This document shows, piece after piece, positions 28,211 through 39,100 of a stretch of 64,000 bases of DNA (positions within the stretch are counted from its first letter, which is position 1; each line of letters begins with the position of its first letter). A program made the translations under genes and the position numbers. The DNA is from an uncultured bacterium (GTDB lineage: Bacteria; Babelota; Babeliae; Babelales; Vermiphilaceae), in NCBI GenBank assembly GCA_963701085.1, contig OY969561.1, forward strand, positions 352,001-416,000, written 5' to 3'. The notes under the pieces are model-generated. The model was not told the origin of the DNA. It saw only the letters and a list, made by a program, of their open reading frames with translations, and ran no database searches.

Positions 28211-31200
28211 ATGAAAAAATATTATGTCCTATCTTTGTTGATATGGGCGTTGCCACTAGTGGCAGAAAAAAGAGATGTTGCTGACAGCATATCTGAATAT
28301 CAATTACATCATCTGTATAATAATTCATATAATAGAGACATTTATTTCGGCAAAGATGTGAGCAACATTGTTAATGTGATACGATGCATTAATGAGATAG
28401 ATGACAATAAAAATTCTTGTCTTCGTGAATTACTCAATTGTATAGATAAAGGGTGTCTTTTTGGTGGATGGGATGCCGTTGCTCAAGCCCTTGATTATGC
28501 AGATTTGGTTTTAAAAAAACGTCATACATGGCTTCCTAAAAAAATTGCCAAAAAATTAACTGCTGATCTTCATCTTATCATTAACCAGATGATTGATGGT
28601 TCATTGTGTGTTGATTCAAACACAATAAAATTTAATAATGATTTTTGTGGTATCATTTTCGATACTATTGTTGACGGAGCATTGATCGTTAGAGGTAACA
28701 CACGCCTGCATGGTAAACTCAAAGTTTATGAAAAAGCTCTTTTTAAAGATAAAGTAAAATTCAAAAAAGATGTTACTGTAGAAGGTACCTTAACAACAAC
28801 AGACTTAGTTGTTCGTGATTGTATTGATAAACTTTGCGTAAACAATTTGACGGTAACCGACATTGTTGTAACTAATTTGAGTATAGTAGGTTGTTTGGCT
28901 GAGTTATGTGTGGAAAATTTATCAGTCGTTAATGAAACAGTAAGTGGAACATTGTCGGTTAATGACTTAGTTGTAAACAATTGTATCAATGATCTATGCG
29001 TAATAAACTTTTCAGCAGTTGATGCATCAATAAGTGGTACGTTATCCGTAAATGATCTTGTGGCGGGTACCGTAGAAGCTGTGTGTAATTTAAGTGTTGG
29101 TTGTAATATTCTGATGCATAATACCGAAAGTCCATTGATAGGTAACATCTTAAAAGATGGCGATCGGTTTATTCATAATACCGGTACTAACAATACATTT
29201 ATGGGGATTAACGCAGGAAACTTTACAACAAGTGGTTTGGGCGGTAATACCGCTTATGGCGTTAATGCATTGCAATCTAATACAACAGGAGCTAATAATA
29301 TTGCCATTGGTGTTGACGCGCTATTTTCAAATACGACAGGTGTCAATAGTATAGCAATTGGTAATAATTCTCTCGAATCTAATACAACAGGATTATTTAA
29401 TGTGGCGGTTGGTTACAATACATTGGCAGCAAATACAACAGGGTCAGTTAACGCTGCGTTTGGTACTAATGCATTGCAAAGCAATATTACCGGATTTTAT
29501 AACGTTGGTGTTGGTAACTTTGCATTACAAAGTAATATATCAGGAAATAATAATGTTGGTGTTGGTAATTTTGCATTAGCGGCAAATACAACAGGTATTG
29601 AAAATGTTGCTGTTGGTAATTTTACGCTGCAATTTAATACGGTTGGTAGTGATAATGCTGCGCTCGGTAATTTCGCATTAACACAAAATACTATCGGCAT
29701 TCAAAATACTGCTCTTGGTAATCATGCATTGCAACAAAATATTACCGGTTATGAAAACACTGCTGTTGGCTATAATGCGCTGACATCAAATAGGAGTGGT
29801 ATAAGAAATACTGCTGTAGGTGCTTATGCATTAAAAAGTAATACAACTGGTGTTGATAATACAGCAGTTGGTGATAGTGCATTAAAAGCAAATACTGTAG
29901 GCACAGCCAATGTAGCCGTTGGTAATTTTGCGCTAGAATCAAATACGTGTGGAGGAGCTGATGTAGCAGTTGGCCGTTTTGCGTTAACCAGTAATGAGGC
30001 GGGAAACTTTAATGTTGCGGTTGGTAACAATGCACTTATGGATAATATAGAATCAGTCAATGCTGCTTTTGGAACAGATGCATTGCTTGTTAATACAACC
30101 GGATTTTTTAATACTGCTCTTGGTAATTATACACTTAATGCCAATACAATTGGTGTACAAAATACAGCAGTAGGTACATTTGCTGCCCCTGCAAATGATG
30201 TAGGTACTGATAATATTGCGATAGGGTATCATGTATTTTTTTCTAATATGACAGGTAATTTTAATGTTGTCATGGGTAATTTTGCACAAGCGACTTCCAC
30301 TGGTAAAGAATATGCAATTCCTATTAATGATCCAGAGGCTCCATCGGGGTTTATCTTAGTGGGTGGAGACGGGGCTGTTGCAATCGGATATCAAGCATTA
30401 CAAAACAGTTTGCTTGGTGAACAGACTGCAGTTGGTTTTCAAGCATTAAAATCAAATAATCTTGGTCTTGGCTTAACTGCAGTTGGATTTCTTGCTCTTG
30501 CCGCTAATATTGACGCTATTGATAATACTGCAGTTGGCTATAAAGCACTTACTACCAATATTGAGGGCGCTGATAACACTGCAGTTGGTTCAACTGCTAT
30601 GGAATTTAATACATTAGGACTAGATGGTACCGCCGTTGGTTCAGCTGCATTAAGATTCAATACAATAGGGGATGGAAATGTTGCGATTGGAGCAGCTTGC
30701 CAAGAATTTTGTATTGCAGGAGACGGCAATGTAGGGGTAGGCACTGAATTCATTACAATTTAATGTTGATGGTAATGAAAATACTGCTTGCGGCACTGCA
30801 GCGCTTAGATTTACTGTAGCGCCTACGTCTAGTGTTGCTGTTGGCGCTAACTCACTGGGTGCTAGTACTCTTGGAGAAGAAAATACTGCAGTGGGCACAA
30901 ATTCAATGCTTATCAATACTGAAGGAAGCTTTAATGTGGCGGTTGGCCATGATACATTGGCGGCAAATGTGATAGGAGAAGGAAATACATGTGTTGGTTA
31001 TAAATCTCTTCTTGTCAATGAGGCAAGTTTTATTACAGCGGTTGGTTTCTTAGCTTTAACAGCGAATACTATCGGAATATCTAATGTTGCCGTTGGTGCC
31101 AATGCTCTTACCGCAAGTATAGACGGGAACGCTAATACCGCTGTAGGCGCGGATGCCCTTGCTGCTAATACTGGTCCAGGTGATAACATAGCTATTGGTT

Positions 31201-32090
31201 TTGGTGCCGGCGCAGCAGGCGTGTTAGGAACCGCCAATATAATAATTGGTAACGGAGCAGCGGATCTTATTGAAGGGAGCGATAATATTATCATAGGTCA
31301 TGGTGCATTTGCAGCATCTTTTAGTCCAACAGCTATAGCAAATATTGCGATTGGAACTGGTGCTCTTGCTATAAATGATGGTCTCATAAATGTAGCAATT
31401 GGCAACGAGGCATTATCACTTAATCCTATTGCGATTAATACTATTGCAATTGGCACCGGTGCTGGCATAGATGATACACTGGGTGCTGATAATATTTGGA
31501 TAGGATCTCCTGGATTCGACACGTTTACAACAATAGGAATTGGAACGCCTTTATTGCATAATATTGCTTGTTTTCCTGAGACATGCTTTACAACGTTTGC
31601 CCCTCTAGCCGTTGGTTTATTACTTGGTAGTCCTACTGCCGGTTATGCTCAATTTGGTATTTTTCCCCCTCCTCCTTCTGCAAAACGTTTTAAACATGAT
31701 ATAGAAGATATGGGAATTAATTCTGAATTTATTTATAAGTTGCGGCCCGTAACATTTAAATATAACGATGATTTGACATTTGTTTCCAAAGATAAGATTA
31801 ATAACAGACAATATGGTTTAATTGCTGAAGAAGTTGGTGAAGTAATGCCTAATTTAGTCTTGTCAGATCCTTTAGGTAGTGGAGAAATATTCTCAGTTGA
31901 TTATGATGCTTTGGCACCAATGTTACTTAATGAAGTTCAGAAAATTAATAAAAAAGTAACGGAATTGCAGGAAAAAGATCTGACCATCGCAGATTTGAGA
32001 GAAAATAATAAAAAGATGAAGAAAATTATTAATAATCTTATGGCTCGTATTCAGAAGTTAGAAGCACATATTCCTTCGATACATTTTTGA
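28211..32090 (+). CDS. Fibre protein F4 (about 1290 aa), tandem paralog of F3; one apparent extra T at about 30750
   Basis: Near-identical N- and C-termini to F3; removing one T (gaattca to gaatca) restores GTESLQFNVDG and joins ORFs 28205-30763 and 30891-32090. Confidence 0.85.
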
Positions 32091-32206
32091 AGACAAAAAC
32101 ACTCAGGATGAGCGGCGCTTCGATATGCCTGGCACTCTAGAATCCTAGGTTTCTTTGGTCATCCTGAGTGTTCTTCGAGCTTTGCGAAGAAGAATGTATC
32201 GAAGGG
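32073..32206. repeat. REP-like palindromic element, copy C (overlaps the F4 stop and the edge of the dif-like site)
   Basis: ccttcgataca[tttttgaagacaaaaa]cactcaggatgagcgg ... tcatcctgagtg[hairpin]tgtatcgaaggg. Confidence 0.8.
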
Positions 32207-32230
32207 CTGATAATGGATATTATGTTAAAA
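32203..32230 (+). other. dif-like XerC/XerD recombination site (probable chromosome terminus)
   Basis: AGGGCTGATAA-TGGATA-TTATGTTAAAA versus E. coli dif GGTGCGCATAA-TGTATA-TTATGTTAAAT: 22/28 identical, XerD arm 10/11; lies where gene orientation converges. Confidence 0.7.
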
Positions 32231-33251
32231 GAGAAATAAGCGGAGCTTTATTACTGTGGAACTTAGTTCCACCGCAATAAAATCTGTTGCCGCACAGCAT
32301 TGGCACAAAATAATGTCCCTTTTTTGTTGGTACAACGATTTTTTTAGTAATTTTGGTGAGGTAGTCATAAGAATATGGTTCAAGAGTAAAATCAATATTT
32401 TTTGCGCAATCAACAAAATAAATTTTATTCTTATTAACTCGTGGCAACAAGGGCAAAATGGATTCATAAAGCCGTTGCTCGCCTTCTAATAATAAGTTGG
32501 TCGGAACAGAAAAAGAAAAAAGAAGGTTTTTGCACCACACATCACCCTTTTTTATAATCTGATGATACGAAAACGGTGTTGTTGAACTCTCACTATCTAT
32601 TTTTTGTGCATGTTCAAGAACAAATCCTTGCGTTGCTGAAAGCATTGTTAAAAAAATGATTGGTGTATTGCCAAAATTAGTAACTGATGTTGCATCGCTA
32701 TGATGATAGGTACATTGCATAATGTGATAGCTCGCTCCATTGTTAGTTGTGCACCGCTCAATATAAAACAGTTGATCATCAATTTTTTGTGGATACAGAT
32801 AATCACTCCCCTTGTGCCATGCTAATATTTCTAGCGTACCATCAACATGCAATTCAAATAGTGCAAAATTATCATTATAGTACGCGCTGCAGTAACATGT
32901 CTGTTCATTAATCCATTGTAGACCATTAATGCCAAACAAAGGCTCATCAAAATCAATTGCTTTGGGTGAACGTTTTTCGAATGATTTTATGCGCAAGCGG
33001 CCATTATCAATAAAACTGAATCCTGCATTATTAGGTAATAATTGTAACCCTGCCGGGTTAAAAACCGACCATAACATTTGTTCTGTTTGATTGGTTTGTG
33101 TGTTCCATTCAAGTAATTCTATGTTTGTTGGAGAGTGCTGATGAATGTATAAAACCGTTGAACCATTGCCAAGAGATGCAACAGGATAACAATATTCAGT
33201 TGCAGGCCTTATTTGTGTATAAAAAAATAAAAAACAATAAAGCAATCGCAT
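32220..33251 (-). CDS. Hypothetical protein (possible beta-propeller) embedded in the fibre array
   Basis: 343-aa ORF, AAGGA RBS, short hydrophobic N-terminus, beta-strand-rich; no recognised motif. Confidence 0.65.
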   Translation of the reverse strand: MRLLYCFLFFYTQIRPATEYCYPVASLGNGSTVLYIHQHSPTNIELLEWNTQTNQTEQMLWSVFNPAGLQLLPNNAGFSFIDNGRLRIKSFEKRSPKAIDFDEPLFGINGLQWINEQTCYCSAYYNDNFALFELHVDGTLEILAWHKGSDYLYPQKIDDQLFYIERCTTNNGASYHIMQCTYHHSDATSVTNFGNTPIIFLTMLSATQGFVLEHAQKIDSESSTTPFSYHQIIKKGDVWCKNLLFSFSVPTNLLLEGEQRLYESILPLLPRVNKNKIYFVDCAKNIDFTLEPYSYDYLTKITKKIVVPTKKGHYFVPMLCGNRFYCGGTKFHSNKAPLISLLT

Positions 33252-33310
33252 ACATATTCCTTTGCAATGATTAATTTAAAAGATATGCGCTTTGCACAAT
33301 AAACACAACA

Positions 33311-33342
33311 AAAAGAGCTCCGCATCATTGCGGAGCTCTTTT
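33311..33342 (-). terminator. Intrinsic terminator after F5
   Basis: aaaagagctccgca-tcat-tgcggagctctttt. Confidence 0.75.
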
Positions 33343-33361
33343 ATAGATGCTGTTTCTTATA

Positions 33362-35977
33362 TTATGAACGCGCTTCTAAGACTGCTACACGTGCAGCAAG
33401 TTTTTTAAGCTCATTCAATAATAATACTGGAAGTACTTGATATTGAACGGAGAATGGTTGACCATCTGCCTCGTAAACAACAATACCAGGCATTACTTGA
33501 TCAACTTCTTCAGCAACTAAACCATACTGTTTTGTTTCTGTTGCATCGTTATTATATACAAATGTTACAGGATTAAGTTGATAAATCATTTCTGAATCAG
33601 TAGCCATTGACTCAATGTCATGTTTGAATCTTCTAGAAGAGGTCTGTGTTCCGAGCTGTCCACTTGGGACAACTTGAACTGTAAGGTTGCCAACAAGACC
33701 TTGGTTTGCACCATAAATACCCTGGATGAAGCATGCTGTTTGTGATGTTCCAATTCGTATATGATCACTTTCAGCTCCGGTAGCTGGGCTCGCATTAATA
33801 TAAATATCATTGTTACCTGTGGTGAGTCCGGAAGCTGCACTGACACCAATCGCAATATTACCGCTTCCTGTTGTAGCGCCAAAAAGTGCACTATCACCAA
33901 CTGCTGTATTATTGAGACCTGTTGTATTACTGATCATAGTCTGATAACCAAGTGCTGTATTACCAAAACCTGTTGTGTTTGCGGCAAGTGATCCAAAACC
34001 AGCTGCTGTATTATTGGCACCTGCAGTGTTAGCTACAAGTGAATTGAAACCAAGTGCAGTATTGGATACACCTATTGTGTTTACGGCAAGTGCACTGGTA
34101 CCAAGTGCAGTATTAGATGTACCTACTGTGTTTGCGGCAAGTGCACTGGTACCAACTGCAGTATTACCATCGACTGTGTTTGCGGCAAGTGCACTGGCAC
34201 CAACTGCAGTATTATTAACACCTACTGAGTTTAGTACAAGTGCATTGAAACCAACTGCAGTATTAGCATCGCCTGTTGTGTTTAATGAAAGTGCTTGGAA
34301 ACCTACAGCCGTGTTTGTAGAGCCTATTGTGTTTAATTCAAGTGCATTGAAACCAACTGCAGTATTACTACCACCTGTTGTATTACTTACTAATGCCTGA
34401 TAACCAACTGCAGTATTGTTACCTGCTTGATCATTTGCTAATGCATGATAACCAAACGCACTATCATTACTTACTGCTGCACTATTGAGCATTGCACCAA
34501 CTCCAACAGCAGTGTTGAAAGTACCTGTTGCGTTTGATAGAAGAGCATTAGAACCAACCGCAGTATTATTAATACCGATTGTGTTCGATAGTAGCGAGTG
34601 GTATCCAATTGCAGTATTATCGGTACCTGTTGTATTTAGGGCAAGAGCAGAACAACCAACCGCCACATTATCAAACCCTGTTGTATTGTTCTGAAGAGAT
34701 ACCGCACCAACGGCAGTATTACAATTAGCTATGTTTAATAGAAGAGCATTAGAACCAACTGCAGTATTATTAATACCGGTTGTATTTGATACTAGCGCGT
34801 GGTATCCAATTGCAGTATTCTCGCTACCTGTTATATTTGCATTAAGGGTTCCACAGCCAACCGCCACATTATGTATCCCTGTTGTATTGCTTGCAAGAGA
34901 TATTGCACCAATCGCAACATTACAACTACCTATTGTGTTTGCAGTAAGTGCTTGTTGACCAACGGCAGTATTATTGATACCTGTTGTGTTTGCATCAAGT
35001 GCTTGCTGACCAACGGCAGTATTATTCATACCTATTGTATTTGCACTAAGTGCATCAACACCGACAGCAGTATTATTGATACCTGCTGTGTTTGCACCAA
35101 GTGCATCAACACCAAAACCACTATTAGAAGTACCAGTCATGGTAAAATTACCAGCATTATCACCAACAAATGTATTCTCTCCTAAAACGCCTGGATAGTT
35201 ATGGATGAAAGGAATACCATTTTTAATGATGTTGCCAATTGCTGGGCTGATTGAATCATTCATAGAAATATTACAACCAACAGTTAAATCACATCCAATT
35301 ATTTCGTCACCTACTGACAACGTTCCATCAATCTCAACATTTTTATGGAAATGTACATTGCCATGAAAACTCACAAAATGCTCAAATTTTACTTTATCAT
35401 CAAATTTTACTTCATCTTTGAAAGTTACATCTTCGTAAAATTTAGTTCTTCCATGTACATTCATTCTTTCATTGACAACTAACAATCTCAAGCCAGAACG
35501 TGTTGTATCAACTTCTGTTGCGTTAACTTGATCTCTAGCAAATGATAATAGTTCAGCATCAAGGCTTAATTTATCCTCAACAACTTGTTCAATAATGTTG
35601 TTTAAAGATCTAGAAAGGTCTGCAGCTTTATCAGCATCAAGATTAGCAGCATGTTTTTTGAGGGTCATTTCCGCTTGTTCAAGAGCTTGTGCAACTGCAT
35701 CATAGTTACCTATTACAAATCCTTTTTCGATATGATTTGCTAATCCCCACACGGCAGAATCTTGGTTGTCTTCAAGTTTGCTTATTTCTGCTATAACATC
35801 TGCAATGTTACTCACTTCTCTGCCAACATAGACATAAGAGCGTTTTGGGTTATTAAAAATTTCTTGTAATTCAACTTCTGATAAATAAATTTGTGCTTCT
35901 TTTGGTTCGTTTGCGATCAGAGGCAGAGCGATTAGAAAAGTAAGGCAGAGCGCCTTTAAAGATAGTTGTTGCTTCAT
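33362..35977 (-). CDS. Fibre protein F5 (about 871 aa) with S74 chaperone
   Basis: Signal peptide; shared N-domain YVYVGREVSNIA..; VxF hexapeptides; 17-aa repeats; SSRRFKHDI. Confidence 0.87.
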   Translation of the reverse strand: MKQQLSLKALCLTFLIALPLIANEPKEAQIYLSEVELQEIFNNPKRSYVYVGREVSNIADVIAEISKLEDNQDSAVWGLANHIEKGFVIGNYDAVAQALEQAEMTLKKHAANLDADKAADLSRSLNNIIEQVVEDKLSLDAELLSFARDQVNATEVDTTRSGLRLLVVNERMNVHGRTKFYEDVTFKDEVKFDDKVKFEHFVSFHGNVHFHKNVEIDGTLSVGDEIIGCDLTVGCNISMNDSISPAIGNIIKNGIPFIHNYPGVLGENTFVGDNAGNFTMTGTSNSGFGVDALGANTAGINNTAVGVDALSANTIGMNNTAVGQQALDANTTGINNTAVGQQALTANTIGSCNVAIGAISLASNTTGIHNVAVGCGTLNANITGSENTAIGYHALVSNTTGINNTAVGSNALLLNIANCNTAVGAVSLQNNTTGFDNVAVGCSALALNTTGTDNTAIGYHSLLSNTIGINNTAVGSNALLSNATGTFNTAVGVGAMLNSAAVSNDSAFGYHALANDQAGNNTAVGYQALVSNTTGGSNTAVGFNALELNTIGSTNTAVGFQALSLNTTGDANTAVGFNALVLNSVGVNNTAVGASALAANTVDGNTAVGTSALAANTVGTSNTALGTSALAVNTIGVSNTALGFNSLVANTAGANNTAAGFGSLAANTTGFGNTALGYQTMISNTTGLNNTAVGDSALFGATTGSGNIAIGVSAASGLTTGNNDIYINASPATGAESDHIRIGTSQTACFIQGIYGANQGLVGNLTVQVVPSGQLGTQTSSRRFKHDIESMATDSEMIYQLNPVTFVYNNDATETKQYGLVAEEVDQVMPGIVVYEADGQPFSVQYQVLPVLLLNELKKLAARVAVLEARS

Positions 35978-36140
35978 CAATCATCCTTTTAGTTAAAAAT
36001 AAAATATACTCTCAATATAAATTCATACTTTTTTGATAATTTGATTTTGATAACCCCTTCCCTGTGTTTGAAAATAAAACATACTTAATAACCATTGATA
36101 TCTTTCTTAACATTTTGAGTCATTAAAATCAAATCTATTC

Positions 36141-39100
36141 TTACGCTCTTACCTCCAGAGCCTGAATACGCTCCATAAGATTTTGTATTATTGCATCGCG
36201 CTGAGCATTATCATTTTTAAGGTCTTCAATAGTTACTTGTTGTTTTTTCATTTCATTTAATAATAATACCGGCAGAACATGATACAGAACCGTTTCTACT
36301 TCACCATCTTTATTTCTTGCTACAATTCCAGGGAATAGTTCATCAACTTCTTCTGCAATTAAACCATACTGTTTTGTTTCTGTTGCATCGCTATTATACA
36401 CAAATGTTACCGGACGCAAATCAAGAATGCGTGCTGATTCATCATTCATATCTTCAATGGCATGTTTTACTTTTCTCGTTGAAGCAGCAACACCAAGTTG
36501 ACCTGTGGCGCTAACAAGGACTCCGGCACCAGTAACGGTAACACCGGTAATATTAGCAATTCGCGTAAAACCAGTTTCACCTGCGGTAGCAGCGCTAAGA
36601 CCAATATAAATATTGTTGCTTCCTGTTGTAACCGTGCCACCTGCACCTGTGCCAATCGCAATATTACTACCGCCGGTTGTAACATTTAGAAGTGCATCTA
36701 CACCAACTGCAACATTGTTATTACCGAATGTGTTTGCAGCAAGAGCAAAGCTACCAACTGCAGTATTATCAGTACCTGTTGTGTTGAGAGTTAATGCATT
36801 ATAACCAATGGCGGTATGGTTACTTACTGAGGTGGTTGTATTGCTTACAGCAAGAGCGTTATAACCAATTGCGGTGTTATGAGTTCCAATAGTATTTGCT
36901 TTAAGAGCTTGATAACCAAGTGCAACGTTATTTGTTCCGGTTGTGTTTGCAGCTAATGCACTTGAACCGACAGCGGTATTAAAGCTTGTTCCCGTTGCAT
37001 TAGCAGCAAGAGCGTTATAACCGATTGCAGTATTATCAGTACCTGTTGTGTTTGCATTTAATGCATTGTAGCCAAGTGCTGTATTATTAATCCCTATTGT
37101 ATTGTGACTCAGAGCAGCACTACCAACTGCAGTATTATCGATACCTGTTGTGTTTGCATTTAATGCAAACCACCCAACAGCAGTACTATCAGTACCCACT
37201 GTGTTTGTAGCAAGTGCACCAGCACCAACTGCAGTATTATCAATACCGGTTGTGTTTGCCTGAAGTGCAGTTGAACCAACGGCAGTATTTGCATTCACTG
37301 TGTTAACTCCTAATGCATTATAACCAAGTGCAGTATTATTTATACCTGTTGCATTTGTAGTCAATGCACTATATCCAACACCAGTATTAAATATTCCAGT
37401 TGTGTTTGCAGCTAATGCACTTGAACCAACAGCGGTACTGCCACTCGTTCCTGTTGCGTTAGCAGCAAGAGCGTTATAACCAATTGCGGTATTATCAGTA
37501 CCTGTTGTACTCACAAGTAATGCATCATAACCAAGTGCGGTGTTGTGAATGCCAACGGTATTTGCAGCAAGTGCACTTTTACCAACAGCGGTATTATTTG
37601 TTCCGGTTGTGTTTGCCGCTAATGCACTTGAACCTACAGCGGTATTAAAGCTTGTTCCGGTTGCATTTGCAGCGAGTGCGTTATAACCAATTGCCGTATT
37701 ATCAGTGCCTGTTGTGCTCACCAGTAATGCATCATAACCAAGTGCGGTGTTATGAGTTCCAACAGTATTTGCAGCCAATGCACTATACCCAACAGCAACA
37801 TTATTATCTGCTGTATTACTAGCGAGAGATCCATATCCAACGCCAATATTATTGTTGCCAGCATTACCTGCTGATGCTCCGACTATAACATTAAAGTTTC
37901 CAATGTTACCTCCACCAGATGTTGAATCAGCACCAACAGACACATTACTACTTCCAGTAATACAGTTAATCAATGCACCAGATCCCAATGCTGTATTAAA
38001 AACACCTGTGGTATTATTTTGCATAGCAAACTCACCAACTGCAGTATTATCATTACCCGTAGTATTAGCAAGCAAAGCAGATCCACCAACAGCCACATTG
38101 TCAAATCCAACAGTATTAACATTTAAGGCAAAATTACCAACTCCTGTATTATCAGTACCTGTTGTATTTGTGGTAAGAACTTGATTGCCAACTGCTGTAT
38201 TACGGTTACCTGTTGTATTTACTTGTAACGCTTGATAACCAACAGCTGTATTAATGCCACCACTTACATCCTTTTGTAGAGCTTGATAGCCAATAGCAAC
38301 TTCAAAGTTTCCCCCAGTAGCATTCATCATTGCCTGATAACCAATTGCTATATTACTACCAAGGGTATCATTTTGCAGAGCTTGATAACCAATAGCAATA
38401 TCATTGGATACACCCGTAGTATTAACCATTGCCTGATACCCAATAGCTGTATTATCAGTACCGGTTGTGTTTGCAGCTAATGCACTTGAACCAACAGCTG
38501 TATTACCAGTACCGGTTACGTTTACAGCAAGTGCATTGTAACCGATTGCGGTATTATCAGTACCGGTTGTGTTGACCGCTAATACATTGTAGCCAACAGC
38601 AGTATTATCAACACCCGTTGTATTTGCAGCTAATGCTTTACTGCCCACAGCGGTATTAAAATTAGCACCTGCTGCATTCGCAGTTAATGCATGATACCCA
38701 ATTCCCGTGTTATCGGTACCCGTTGTCGTAAAGTTGCCGGCATTGATACCAACAAATGTATTGTCTGTTCCAAAATCATGAATAAATCTGTTTGAACCTT
38801 TTAGGATATTACCTGCAGTTGATGTACTTGGTTCAGTGCTTAGGATAAGATTTCCGCTATGAACGCCATCAGTCATACTGATAATTGAGGCAGCAAAGTT
38901 ACCTGATGAATCACGTTTTACCAATGTACTTGCCGTATTTAAGTTAGTTGCAGCATCAACAGTACCTGTTGCAGCCGCAACGTCAGCGGCAGTTTTACCA
39001 CCAACAAAACTAACAACTGTTGCACTTTGCGTACCGGTCACATCACCAGAAAGAGATCCACTAAAATTGGTTGCCGTTGTAGCAGTCGTTGCGTTACCGC

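Noticed and set aside
27050-31980. Diversity-generating retroelement TR/VR pair (near-identical F3/F4 3' ends)
   Set aside because: No reverse transcriptase in the window; both copies are coding and the differences are sparse and not adenine-specific
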